A stretch of 64,000 nt of DNA, taken from NCBI GenBank assembly GCA_041739205.1, contig JBGSOH010000447.1, positions 1,294 through 65,293 on the forward strand, read 5' to 3'. Source of the DNA: Saprospiraceae bacterium (lineage in GTDB: Bacteria; Bacteroidota; Bacteroidia; Chitinophagales; Saprospiraceae). Under the pieces are notes generated by a model. It was not told the DNA's origin and did no database searches. It saw nothing but the letters and a program-made list of their open reading frames with translations. The position numbers and the translations under genes were made by a program. Positions 50,779 through 60,579 of this stretch are shown here, one piece after another (position 1 is the first letter of the stretch; each line of letters starts with the position of its first letter).

Positions 50779-52098
50779 ATGCATTCAAAATTAATATCAG
50801 GATTTTCCAAATTTTCAAAGTCAGAAAAAATAGAATGGCTTAAAGCTAATTTTTTGAATGAGTATGACGAAAGTGATGTACTCACAATATTTCAACAAAA
50901 CGATGTCGACCTACAAAAAGTAATAGACGGTTTCAGTGAAAATACCATTAGTAACTTTGTCTTACCCTATGGCCTAGCACCAAACTTCTTGATCGATGGC
51001 AATTTGTATTGTGTTCCTATGGTCATCGAAGAAAGTTCTGTCGTGGCAGCTGCGTCCGCTGGTGCAAAATACTGGCAAGAAAGAGGTGGTTTTAAAACCA
51101 CCATCCTTGGAACGACCAAAATAGGTCAGGTTCATTTTGTGTGGACCGGAGAAAGCTCTAAATTAATATCCATTTTTCCAGAAATAGAAAAAATACTTAG
51201 GTTCAAAGCCGCACCAATTTGTGAAAACATGGCAAAACGTGGTGGTGGCATCACTAAAGTAGAATTACTCGATTTTACGGATAAAGAAAAAGGGTTGTAT
51301 CAACTCAGAGTCCATTTCGAAACTTGTGACTCCATGGGAGCAAATTTTATAAACTCCGTTTTAGAGAATTTTGCCACGAGCTTAGAAGATTATTTTGTAG
51401 ATAATCCACTTTTTACGGATGCTGAAAAAGACATCAACATTATCATGTCCATATTGTCCAATTACACACCAGAGTGTGTAGTAAGGGCTGAAGTGTCTTG
51501 TCCAGTCAAAGATTTAGGAACATTTGCCAATGGTATGATGGCCGAACATCTAGCAGAAAAATTTAGAATGGCTGTGCGAATTGCACATATCGATCCATAC
51601 AGAGCTACCACTCATAATAAAGGTATATATAATGGTATAGATGCTGTTGTCCTTGCTACAGGCAATGATTTCAGAGCTATAGAAGCGGCTGGACATACCT
51701 ATGCCGCAAAAGATGGGCAATATAGAAGCTTAAGTTATTGCGAGGTAGAAAACGGTATTTTTAGATTTTGGCTTGATATACCTCTTGCTTTAGGAACTGT
51801 AGGAGGTCTAACTTCTCTCCACCCACTGGCAAAATTATCTTTAGATATCTTGGGTAATCCAAGTGCTGAACAACTGATGCGTATCATTGCATCCGTAGGA
51901 TTGGCTCAAAACTTTGGTGCCGTCCGTTCGCTAGTGACGACAGGCATACAACAAGGTCACATGAAAATACACATGATGAATATACTTAATCATCTAAAAG
52001 CAACAGAACTAGAATCAGATGGAGCGATCAAGTATTTTGAAAATAAAACAGTATCATTTGCAGGTGTCCGGGATTATATTAGTGAATTAAGAAAATAG
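50779..52098 (+). CDS. Class II hydroxymethylglutaryl-CoA reductase
   Basis: VPMVIEESSVVAAAS, CDSMGANFINS and GTVGG motifs. About 430 aa, typical of class II HMGR. Confidence 0.85.
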   Translation: MHSKLISGFSKFSKSEKIEWLKANFLNEYDESDVLTIFQQNDVDLQKVIDGFSENTISNFVLPYGLAPNFLIDGNLYCVPMVIEESSVVAAASAGAKYWQERGGFKTTILGTTKIGQVHFVWTGESSKLISIFPEIEKILRFKAAPICENMAKRGGGITKVELLDFTDKEKGLYQLRVHFETCDSMGANFINSVLENFATSLEDYFVDNPLFTDAEKDINIIMSILSNYTPECVVRAEVSCPVKDLGTFANGMMAEHLAEKFRMAVRIAHIDPYRATTHNKGIYNGIDAVVLATGNDFRAIEAAGHTYAAKDGQYRSLSYCEVENGIFRFWLDIPLALGTVGGLTSLHPLAKLSLDILGNPSAEQLMRIIASVGLAQNFGAVRSLVTTGIQQGHMKIHMMNILNHLKATELESDGAIKYFENKTVSFAGVRDYISELRK

Positions 52099-52176
52099 GG
52101 ATTACAAAATATATTTTTTACATAGGCAACATTCCATGATTTCATTTCGTTAAGAAAAAAGTCAAACACCTTATGT

Positions 52177-52851
52177 ATGAGATTTCTGCCTTTCCTTTTG
52201 ATGTTCTTATTTACATCAAATATTGTATTTTCACAAAAAGAAACTACAAGTATTCAATCCTTTTATCCATATAAAAATGAGATTGGAATTAATTTTACCA
52301 ATGTATTGGGAAATGTACTAAGCCTTAATCCCAATAATGCCAACTCTCCTTACGGACTTACTTATCGAAGACACTTAGGAAAAAAATCGTTCAGATCAGC
52401 ATTCAGTTTACAAGTAAATAATGAAAAAAATAGAGATTTTGAAAATGGCTTTTCTGTTACTAGAACGATCAATCAGACGACAAGTCAGTTCCGAATAGGC
52501 TTAGAAAAACATATAGTACTAAATAAAAGAGTGCTTTTCTCTTACGGATTTGACATACTTGGTAAGGTGATGACAGATAATTCGAGCGTTCAAGATAATA
52601 ATGGTTTTGGGAATGTCACTTTTACTAGTAAAGAAACGACTTTTGGTGGTGGCGCAGGACCAATGTTAAGATTAGAATTCAAAATTTCAGATAGGTTATT
52701 TATAAGTTCCGAAAGCTCATTATATGGTTTTTATAGCAGCACCACAGAAAATTTAGAATTTGGTAATCAACCATCTGAACAAACAAAATCGTCAGATTCT
52801 AATATTGAATTATTATTACCTCAATCGCTGTTTTTAAATATTTCGTTTTAA
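52177..52851 (+). CDS. Small outer-membrane beta-barrel protein (hypothetical), paralog 1
   Basis: Signal peptide, alternating amphipathic strands, NEIGINFTN motif, C-terminal ...LFLNISF. Confidence 0.5.
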   Translation: MRFLPFLLMFLFTSNIVFSQKETTSIQSFYPYKNEIGINFTNVLGNVLSLNPNNANSPYGLTYRRHLGKKSFRSAFSLQVNNEKNRDFENGFSVTRTINQTTSQFRIGLEKHIVLNKRVLFSYGFDILGKVMTDNSSVQDNNGFGNVTFTSKETTFGGGAGPMLRLEFKISDRLFISSESSLYGFYSSTTENLEFGNQPSEQTKSSDSNIELLLPQSLFLNISF

Positions 52852-52856
52852 TTACT

Positions 52857-53453
52857 ATGAAAAAACCAATTATAACCATCATAATACTCTTTTTATATCT
52901 TGGCATTGCCATTTCTCAAGAATCTAAAGAGAAAGTAGATTCTTCGGTATATGCTGAAGAAGATCAATATGAAGATGATCCATATTTCTGGTCCTATACG
53001 AAGGAGATAGGTATAAACTTCACGCCTTTAGTATCGAAGCTTGTTCCCTTCAATTTGGGCCAGAATGATTCTGGTTTGATAGGTTTAAGGTGGAAAAAAT
53101 ATTATTCTTCAAGAGCTTTTAGAATAAATTTTGGGGCTAATGTGACAAATGAAGAAATCGATAACGGTAATCCATTTATATATTTAGCATTTGGGGTAGA
53201 AAAAAGATATCCAATCACCAAGGATAAAAAGCTTGCGTATACAAGTGCATGGGATTTGGCGTTTTCAGTGGAAGGAGAAGATGGAGACGGATTTTTTGGT
53301 ATTGCAAAAGGCTATGGTTTTGAATATCATATAACTAAAAGAATATTCCTAAGCACTGAAGCACAAATGAATTTAGGTATTAGTAGCGATAATGTAATCA
53401 AAGTCCAGTTTCAACTCCCAACTGCTGTTTTTGTTAATGTGCGACTTTATTAG
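52857..53453 (+). CDS. Small outer-membrane beta-barrel protein (hypothetical), paralog 2
   Basis: Signal peptide, KEIGINFTP motif shared with the upstream gene, C-terminal ...VFVNVRLY. The gap to the upstream gene is 5 nt. Confidence 0.5.
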   Translation: MKKPIITIIILFLYLGIAISQESKEKVDSSVYAEEDQYEDDPYFWSYTKEIGINFTPLVSKLVPFNLGQNDSGLIGLRWKKYYSSRAFRINFGANVTNEEIDNGNPFIYLAFGVEKRYPITKDKKLAYTSAWDLAFSVEGEDGDGFFGIAKGYGFEYHITKRIFLSTEAQMNLGISSDNVIKVQFQLPTAVFVNVRLY

Positions 53454-53496
53454 TGTTAAAATTTTACAAATTGTTGACAATTTAAAATTATTACCA

Positions 53497-53504
53497 TATT
53501 TTTG
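53497..53504 (+). promoter_or_regulatory. Candidate -7 box TATTTTTG for the cytochrome c peroxidase gene, with TTGACA about 20 nt upstream
   Basis: TAnnTTTG 36 nt upstream of the ATG at 53540. A TTG-containing TTGTTGACAA lies at 53471..53480. Confidence 0.4.
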
Positions 53505-53539
53505 AAATACTTTTTAAAAATCTTTAAATATTAAACATC

Positions 53540-54697
53540 ATGAGAAGAATGTATTTCTTATCTTTTTTGTTGGTTGCATCAATATTTGCATGTAGCGACA
53601 ATGAACTATCAACTGCCACTGAGCCAAAATTAGTTTTGCCAGACACACCATATGCATACAACCAACTTGACCTGCCTGTAGGCGCAAGAATAGCAGGTAA
53701 CATGAATAATAATTTTGAGTTGATAAATGGAGAGTTGGTCCCTGTTAATACTTCACTAGATATTACACCATGGGGAGCAACACTAGGTAGAGTTTTGTTT
53801 TATGATACTAAACTTTCCCTTAATAATACTGTAGCTTGTGCCACTTGTCACCATCAAGATAAAGCATTTGCAGACGGCAAACAATTTTCAACAGGTTTTG
53901 AAGGTAAAATCACTACTAGAAATAGTATGGCGATTATAAACCCTATATCTCAAAATAATCTCTTTTGGGATTCAAGATCAAAAACACTACACGATTTATC
54001 ACTTCAGCCTGTTCAGAATCATATAGAAATGGGTATGGAAAATCTAGATAGATTGGTAGCAAAACTAGAAGCGACTGATTATTATGCAGACTTATTCAAC
54101 AAAGCATATGGATCTCCAGAAATTACATCTGAGAAAGTAGCAAAATCAATTTCTCAATTCGTAGGATCAATCACTTCCAATAGATCAAGATTTGATGCAG
54201 GCCAAAATAATGGTTTCTCTAATTTTAACGAGTTAGAAACATTAGGAATGAAAATATTTAATGGTAAAGGCCAATGTAGCACTTGCCATGGAGGAAGCAA
54301 TATGGCAGCCCAAGATGGTCCAGGAGATCCTTACGGTGGAAGTATGAATGGCTCAGATGATCTACAAGGTGCTACCAATATCGGTCTAGAATTGGTGTAC
54401 AAAGATAATGGACTAGAAAATGGTAAATTTAGAATACCAAGTCTTAGAAATATAGAATTGACAGGTCCATATATGCATGATGGTAGATTTAAATCACTAG
54501 AAGAAGTCATAAATCATTATAGTGAAGGCATCAAGCCACACAAAGACCTTGATGTAAAATTCAAAGACAACAATGGTAAAGTCAAACTTCTGAATCTTAC
54601 TAGTATTGAGAAAAAAGCACTAGAAGCATTCTTAAAAACATTGACAGATAAAGAGATGACGCAAAATCCTAAGTGGAGCAATCCTTTCCAATCATAG
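53540..54697 (+). CDS. Di-haem cytochrome c peroxidase (CCP/MauG family) lipoprotein
   Basis: Lipobox IFACS. Two haem motifs, CATCHH and CSTCHG. RIPSLRNIELTGPYMHDG. Confidence 0.85.
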   Translation: MRRMYFLSFLLVASIFACSDNELSTATEPKLVLPDTPYAYNQLDLPVGARIAGNMNNNFELINGELVPVNTSLDITPWGATLGRVLFYDTKLSLNNTVACATCHHQDKAFADGKQFSTGFEGKITTRNSMAIINPISQNNLFWDSRSKTLHDLSLQPVQNHIEMGMENLDRLVAKLEATDYYADLFNKAYGSPEITSEKVAKSISQFVGSITSNRSRFDAGQNNGFSNFNELETLGMKIFNGKGQCSTCHGGSNMAAQDGPGDPYGGSMNGSDDLQGATNIGLELVYKDNGLENGKFRIPSLRNIELTGPYMHDGRFKSLEEVINHYSEGIKPHKDLDVKFKDNNGKVKLLNLTSIEKKALEAFLKTLTDKEMTQNPKWSNPFQS

Positions 54698-54719
54698 GAG
54701 TAAGTTATAAACACAAACT

Positions 54720-54763
54720 AAAAAAAGGCTCTCAACTTAACAAGTGAGAGCCTTTTTTATTTT
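54720..54763. terminator. Bidirectional Rho-independent terminator between convergent ccp and atpG
   Basis: AAAAAA-GGCTCTCA-(10 nt)-TGAGAGCC-TTTTTTATTTT. Confidence 0.8.
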
Positions 54764-54799
54764 GTATAAATGATATTCTTAAATATCTAAGCAAGTTTA

Positions 54800-55696
54800 T
54801 TATCCATTCAAAGCTGCCGCACCTCCTACGATCTCAGAAAGCTCTTTAGTAATTGCCTCTTGACGAGCTTTGTTATAATTAACTTTAAGCGCCTTCATCA
54901 ATTCTTCCGCATTGGTAGTTGCGTTATCCATGGCAGTCATACGAGCGCCATGCTCTGATGCATGATTGTCCAATACAAATTTCTGAAAATTAGTCTGAAG
55001 AATACTTGGTATCAATTCATTCAACAACACTTCTTTGCTTGGTTCGAAAATGTAGTCTGCCTTTGATTTACTATCAGAAATATTATCTACATCCAATCTC
55101 GCTACTGGTAAAAACTGAACTGCCTTTGGTTCTTGCAAAGCGGCATTTCTGAATTGACCATAACAAACATCAATCTTATCAAATTCACCGTTCGAAAAAT
55201 TATCCATCAACATTTGAGAGACTTGTGACACATTATCAAAACTTAAGTCTGAAAATAAATCCACATAATCCGAGACTAGGTTTAGATCAGCATATCTTTT
55301 CTTAAGGACATCATAACCCTTTTTACCTACAAATATCAATGTAAGATTACGTGAAGCACGCAGTGCACTATATTCACCTTCAATTTTGATGATGGCTTCT
55401 TTAATGATATTTGTATTAAAAGCACCACAAAGTCCTCTGTTAGATGTGATGACTACAATTGCTGCCTTTTTGACTTCTCTTTCTTTTACAAAAGGAGAGT
55501 TAATGTCGCCATCAAGGTTAGAAACAATGTTTTTCATCATTCTATCCAATCTATTGGCGTAAGGTCTCAGCTCTGTGATAGCCATAGTCGCTCTCCTAAG
55601 CTTAGATGCCGATACCATTTTCATGGCTTTGGTGATCTGCTGAGTAGATTGGACCGACTTGATCCTTTCTCGTACTTCCTTTAACTTTCCGGACAT
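54800..55696 (-). CDS. atpG: F1 ATP synthase gamma subunit
   Basis: LKEVRERIKSVQSTQQITKAMKMVSASKLRRA N-terminus and ITKELSEIVGGAAAL C-terminus. Confidence 0.9.
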   Translation of the reverse strand: MSGKLKEVRERIKSVQSTQQITKAMKMVSASKLRRATMAITELRPYANRLDRMMKNIVSNLDGDINSPFVKEREVKKAAIVVITSNRGLCGAFNTNIIKEAIIKIEGEYSALRASRNLTLIFVGKKGYDVLKKRYADLNLVSDYVDLFSDLSFDNVSQVSQMLMDNFSNGEFDKIDVCYGQFRNAALQEPKAVQFLPVARLDVDNISDSKSKADYIFEPSKEVLLNELIPSILQTNFQKFVLDNHASEHGARMTAMDNATTNAEELMKALKVNYNKARQEAITKELSEIVGGAAALNG

Positions 55697-55735
55697 GCCT
55701 TATTGTTTATGGTTAGATTACTATGTCGTAATATA

Positions 55736-57319
55736 TTATTTAAATTGACCTGCAACTTCTGCACCTACTCTTTTCAAAGTAGCAATAACTTCATCTGAAA
55801 GATTACCTTTTCTAAGTGCTTCTAATGTTGCTGCTTCTGTTCTCTCTAAAGTTGTAAGGAATATGTCTTCAAATGCTCTTACCTTATCAACTGGAACACT
55901 TCTCAACAAACCTTGCGAACCTAGGTAAATGATAGCTACTTGTTTCTCTACAGATACTGGTGAGTATTGTGGTTGTTTCAAGATCTCCACATTCCTTTTT
56001 CCTTTCTCAAGTACAGATTGTGTAGCTGCATCTAGATCAGATCCGAACTTTGCAAATGCTTCAAGTTCACGATATTGCGCTTGGTCCAACTTAAGGGTAC
56101 CTGCTACTTTTTTCATGGACTTGATCTGTGCATTACCACCTACTCTTGATACAGAGATACCTACGTTGATCGCTGGTCTAATACCTGCATTAAACAAGTT
56201 TGACTCTAGGAATATCTGACCATCTGTGATCGAAATCACGTTGGTAGGAATGTATGCGGATACGTCACCTGCTTGAGTCTCGATGATAGGAAGTGCTGTC
56301 AAAGATCCACCACCTTTTACCAATCCTGAATTTTTTAATGAATCAGGAAGGTCGTTCATATTTCTAGCAATCTCATCATTATTGATGATTTTTGCCGCTC
56401 TTTCTAGTAATCTTGAGTGAAGGTAGAAAACGTCACCTGGGTATGCTTCCCTTCCTGGAGGTCTCTTAAGCAAAAGTGATACTTCTCTATATGCAACTGC
56501 TTGTTTTGACAAATCATCATATATAATCAATGCTGGTCTACCTGAATCTCTAAAAAACTCACCGATAGCCGCTCCCGCAAATGGCGCATAGAACTGGATA
56601 GGTGCAGGATCAGCCGCAGATGCAGAAACGATAGTAGTATAAGCCATCGCACCACCTTCTTCAAGTGACTTGAGCACTTGTGCTACTGTAGAAGCTTTCT
56701 GACCTGAAGCTACATATATACAATATACAGGTTCACCTCTTTCATAAAATTCTTTCTGATTGATGATTGTATCGATGGCAATAGCAGTTTTACCTGTCTG
56801 TCTGTCACCAATGATCAACTCTCTCTGACCTCTACCGATCGGAATCATTGAGTCAATAGCTTTGATACCTGTTTGCAAAGGTTCTGTCACTGGTTGTCTA
56901 AAGATAACACCCGGCGCTTTTCTTTCCAATGGCATTTCATAAGTCTTACCTTGGATAGGACCTTTACCATCGATCGGAACACCTAGTGGGTTTACTACCC
57001 TTCCAACGAATCCTTCACCGACATTGATGGAAGCAATTCTAGATGTACGTCTTACCGTAGATCCTTCTTTGATACCGTCTCCAGATCCCAAAAGTACGAC
57101 ACCCACGTTGTCTTCTTCAAGGTTAAGTACGATAGCCTGAACACCATTCTCAAACTCCACCAATTCCCCAGCTTGTGCTTTAGAAAGACCATATACCCTA
57201 GCGATACCATCACCTACTTGTAGTACAGTACCTACTTCTTCTAATTCTGCTTCTGTTTTGAATCCTGATAACTGTTGTTTCAGTATTGCGGATATTTCAT
57301 CAGGTTTTACATCAACCAT
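55736..57319 (-). CDS. atpA: F1 ATP synthase alpha subunit
   Basis: GDRQTGKTA Walker A. 527 aa with family-typical sequence throughout. Confidence 0.95.
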   Translation of the reverse strand: MVDVKPDEISAILKQQLSGFKTEAELEEVGTVLQVGDGIARVYGLSKAQAGELVEFENGVQAIVLNLEEDNVGVVLLGSGDGIKEGSTVRRTSRIASINVGEGFVGRVVNPLGVPIDGKGPIQGKTYEMPLERKAPGVIFRQPVTEPLQTGIKAIDSMIPIGRGQRELIIGDRQTGKTAIAIDTIINQKEFYERGEPVYCIYVASGQKASTVAQVLKSLEEGGAMAYTTIVSASAADPAPIQFYAPFAGAAIGEFFRDSGRPALIIYDDLSKQAVAYREVSLLLKRPPGREAYPGDVFYLHSRLLERAAKIINNDEIARNMNDLPDSLKNSGLVKGGGSLTALPIIETQAGDVSAYIPTNVISITDGQIFLESNLFNAGIRPAINVGISVSRVGGNAQIKSMKKVAGTLKLDQAQYRELEAFAKFGSDLDAATQSVLEKGKRNVEILKQPQYSPVSVEKQVAIIYLGSQGLLRSVPVDKVRAFEDIFLTTLERTEAATLEALRKGNLSDEVIATLKRVGAEVAGQFK

Positions 57320-57343
57320 ATCTATTATATTTATAATTTTATT

Positions 57344-57904
57344 TTAAAATGATTTTACGTATTGATTGCTTCCAAACTCTTTCTTGAGTTGTTCCAACTT
57401 GTGCACGACACTCGCATCATACAACTTGTCACCTACCTCGATCTTGAAACCACCGATGATAGACGGATCTATCTTTGTTATGATGTCCAATTTGTCCATG
57501 GTAATGTCACTTGCAAGAAGTTTTGCTTTTATATCATTAAGTGAAACGTCATTAAGTGGTGTAGCAGTCGTAAGAATAACAGTTGAAATTCTATTTAATT
57601 CTTTATATTGACCTAAAAAATCTGCCGCTATCTCTGGCATATACATCTCTCTACCTTTCCTAAGAATGATATCAAAAAATGCAGAAGTGGTCTTGCTCAA
57701 TTTTCCTTCAAAAATAGCTTTGAAAATTGCAAGTTTTTTATCTGTCTTTACGATTGGGCTTTTCAATAATAGAAAAAAATCTCTATTTTTGGTAGCCTCG
57801 TTAAAAGACTCAATATCCTTCAGCACGGTATCGAGTTCGTTACGTTCTCGGGCAAGATCCAAAAGCGATTTTGCATACCTTGACGAAATTCTACTTACAG
57901 ACAT
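57344..57904 (-). CDS. atpH: F1 ATP synthase delta (OSCP) subunit
   Basis: SRYAKSLLDLA N-terminus, 186 aa, located between atpF and atpA. Confidence 0.85.
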   Translation of the reverse strand: MSVSRISSRYAKSLLDLARERNELDTVLKDIESFNEATKNRDFFLLLKSPIVKTDKKLAIFKAIFEGKLSKTTSAFFDIILRKGREMYMPEIAADFLGQYKELNRISTVILTTATPLNDVSLNDIKAKLLASDITMDKLDIITKIDPSIIGGFKIEVGDKLYDASVVHKLEQLKKEFGSNQYVKSF

Positions 57905-57939
57905 TATTTATTAATTAAATGGTTATTACAAGGTGTTGA

Positions 57940-58452
57940 TTAATTCAGGTGAAGATCTTTTACCAATGTATTGACAAAAGTTTCTTGTTCTGTATTACCT
58001 TTTAACTCCTTTCTGATTACTTTTTCTGCAATAGAAAGTGCCATATTACCTATTTCGTTTTTCACTTCAGTAATGGCTGCTTTCTTTTGGTTTTCTATAT
58101 CATGCATCGCATTGGTAGCAATTTTAGAAGCTTCTTCTTTTGCTTTTTCTCTTGCTTCAGTGATGATTTGATTTTTGATTTCTTTAGCTTCTTGAAGTAT
58201 TTTTGCTCTTTCTTCTCTTGCTTGTGCTAAAAGTTTTTCATTTTCAGACTTCATGTTTACCATTTCTTCTCTTGCTTTTTTGGCGGAATCCATGGCATCT
58301 TGTATATCGCCTTCTCTTTTTGCCAATGCCTGAGCAATGGGTTTGAAAGCAAATTTAGACATCAAAAACCAAAATAACAAAAATATCACCAATGACCAAA
58401 TAGCTAATCCTGGTGTCGGCTGAAAAGGAGTGAAAGTGACTAAATTAAACAT
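57940..58452 (-). CDS. atpF: F0 ATP synthase subunit b
   Basis: A single N-terminal TM helix followed by a long charged helix (AREERAKILQEAKE...). Operon position. Confidence 0.85.
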   Translation of the reverse strand: MFNLVTFTPFQPTPGLAIWSLVIFLLFWFLMSKFAFKPIAQALAKREGDIQDAMDSAKKAREEMVNMKSENEKLLAQAREERAKILQEAKEIKNQIITEAREKAKEEASKIATNAMHDIENQKKAAITEVKNEIGNMALSIAEKVIRKELKGNTEQETFVNTLVKDLHLN

Positions 58453-58595
58453 ATCTTTTTGCGTTTGTTATGGTAAAATAATTACGTTTTTTTTTAAAAA
58501 GAATAATACTAACATCAAAACATTAAACTAATCTTGTAATAGGTTAGAGTGATCGAACTATCAGGCAGCCAGAAGCTGCCTCTACATTGAAAAAG

Positions 58596-58631
58596 AAGAA
58601 GATTGCTCGGCCAACCGCTCTGCAATCTTTC
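58596..58631 (-). terminator. Hairpin plus U-rich tract just downstream of atpE, a candidate intra-operon attenuator
   Basis: On the minus strand: AAGATTGC-(15 nt)-GCAATCTT-CTTCTTTTTC. A second hairpin GGCAGC-ttctg-GCTGCC lies at 58564..58580. Confidence 0.35.
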
Positions 58632-58654
58632 TTTTCGTTTTGCCTTCGGCTTGA

Positions 58655-58879
<225 letters not shown>

Positions 58880-58927
58880 TTATTATGGATGAAAAAAAAT
58901 ATTATTCAAAAAAACTATTTCTATTTA

Positions 58928-60241
58928 TTAATGATGACCTTCCTCCGCGTGATGATGGTCTTCTGTAGCTGCACCAATAAATGAAGCTGTCAAAATGGTA
59001 AATACGAATGCTTGTACAAATGCTACAATGATTTCTATCGCCATCATAAACATCGTCAAAGGAATAGATACTGCCGTACCTACTAAACTTCCACCCAAAC
59101 TCTCTCCCGAGTTACCAAAGATAAATATCAATCCTATGAAACTTAAGATCGCAATGTGACCAGCAGAAATATTTCCCGCCAAACGCAGCATCAATGTCAA
59201 TGGTTTGATAAATAATCCCATTACCTCTACACATGCTAGAAGAATCTTGATCGGAATCGGCACGTCAGGCATCCAGAAAATGTGTCCCCAATAGTGGCTA
59301 TTACCATTTACATTTACGATGATAAATACTAATATCGCTAATACCATGGTGACAGACAAACTTCCTGTGACATTCACACTTCCTAAGAAAGGCACTTGTC
59401 CCCAAAGGTTAAGACCCAAGATAAAGAAAAATACACTTAATAGAAATGGAAGATAAATGGTGTGCTTCTTGCCAATAAATGGAATAGCTACATCATCTCT
59501 GATAAATAAAAACACAGGCTCTAAAAATCCTTGGATGCCACTTGGTGCTTTTGTTGGGTTATTTTTGTAAGCATTGGCTGCTTTTCTGAACATCAAAAAC
59601 AAAAAGAGAGATACCAGAATCATGGAAATTACATTTTTCGTTGGCGAAAAATCAATAAATGAAGTAAACCCGCCTCCAAGTATACCTCCATCCATAGTTG
59701 ATCTGGCATCTAATCTATATTCTTTACCCTGATAAAGGGCGTAATTAACATCTACTTTTTTACCGTTTTTTTCTTCTTGTTTGTGTGCATAACCTTCTAC
59801 TTCCACTGAGCCTTCCATTGGAAATCCTGCATCAGCTACTCGATGTACACTTCCATGATGTAATACATATCCATTGTAAGAATAGTGACCATCTTCGTGG
59901 TGACCTGCATGAAACTTTCCTGAACTAAATATATCCCATCCTTTGTCATTAGCATAAAGGATAGTAGGCAACGGAATTCTTACAAAATCAAGAATACTAT
60001 ATACGTTTGCATCACTGATGTGATGAATAGCCGTAGCACCTGGATCAAAAGCTGCATGATCATGATCCGCATGATCTGCGTGAGCATCATGACTTTCACC
60101 AGTCTGAGTATGGTCATCTTGAGTATTGCTACTTTGCAAAGTAGTTGTATCTTGATGTACTTGCTGATGATTATCCTGTGCTACCGATGGATATAAATAT
60201 ATAAAAGATAGTAAAGTAATAATAAAAATTCTGTTTCTCAT
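58928..60241 (-). CDS. atpB: F0 ATP synthase subunit a, with a signal-peptide-bearing His-rich N-terminal extension and a His-rich C-terminus
   Basis: LRLAGNISAGH (essential Arg region) and a C-terminal TM bundle. N-terminal HDAHADHADHDHAAFDP. C-terminal EDHHHAEEGHH. Confidence 0.85.
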   Translation of the reverse strand: MRNRIFIITLLSFIYLYPSVAQDNHQQVHQDTTTLQSSNTQDDHTQTGESHDAHADHADHDHAAFDPGATAIHHISDANVYSILDFVRIPLPTILYANDKGWDIFSSGKFHAGHHEDGHYSYNGYVLHHGSVHRVADAGFPMEGSVEVEGYAHKQEEKNGKKVDVNYALYQGKEYRLDARSTMDGGILGGGFTSFIDFSPTKNVISMILVSLFLFLMFRKAANAYKNNPTKAPSGIQGFLEPVFLFIRDDVAIPFIGKKHTIYLPFLLSVFFFILGLNLWGQVPFLGSVNVTGSLSVTMVLAILVFIIVNVNGNSHYWGHIFWMPDVPIPIKILLACVEVMGLFIKPLTLMLRLAGNISAGHIAILSFIGLIFIFGNSGESLGGSLVGTAVSIPLTMFMMAIEIIVAFVQAFVFTILTASFIGAATEDHHHAEEGHH

Positions 60242-60274
60242 CAGACAATGTTATCGATTTTGAAAATTTTTGCG

Positions 60275-60282
60275 CAAAGGTA
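60275..60282 (-). promoter_or_regulatory. Candidate -7 box (TACCTTTG) for the atp operon
   Basis: TAnnTTTG on the minus strand, 34 nt upstream of the atpB ATG at 60241. Confidence 0.3.
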
Positions 60283-60579
60283 AGAAAACAAAATGTTATA
60301 TAATACCATTGATAGTCTTTTATTTATAGTATTTTGAGAATATTTTTATAGGTTTTTTAAGCGGTTTAATACTTTGTTAAAGCAAAATAACATATGTTCA
60401 ATTAGTCCGTTTTCCTTTGTAATATTTATTATAATCCGAATATTAGCTTTTTTGTAAAATATTATTTTGTTTTTATAATTCACTTTCTTTCATATGCACA
60501 AAAGATAATTGACCAAAAATTGACAATAATTTATCAGAAGCACCAATTTTTGTTTTTTAGAATCCTTGCTTTCAACAAA

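Noticed and set aside
4504-57914. Many other 60-136-aa ORFs nested in or antisense to large genes. Examples are 4504..4872, 6421..6684, 10144..10527, 12939..13337, 23661..23939, 24543..24848, 27115..27501, 35962..36372, 37561..37914, 46321..46632, 46951..47238, 55929..56219 and 57362..57914.
   Set aside because: Each overlaps a confidently identified gene on the opposite strand or in another frame. None has a family-like motif.
60243-60309. 22-codon minus-strand uORF (MVLYNILFSYLCAKIFKIDNIV) whose TGA overlaps the atpB ATG (TGATG)
   Set aside because: It is too short, has no recognisable AtpI/AtpZ features, and overlaps the candidate atp promoter -7 box. It is most likely a chance ORF in AT-rich DNA.
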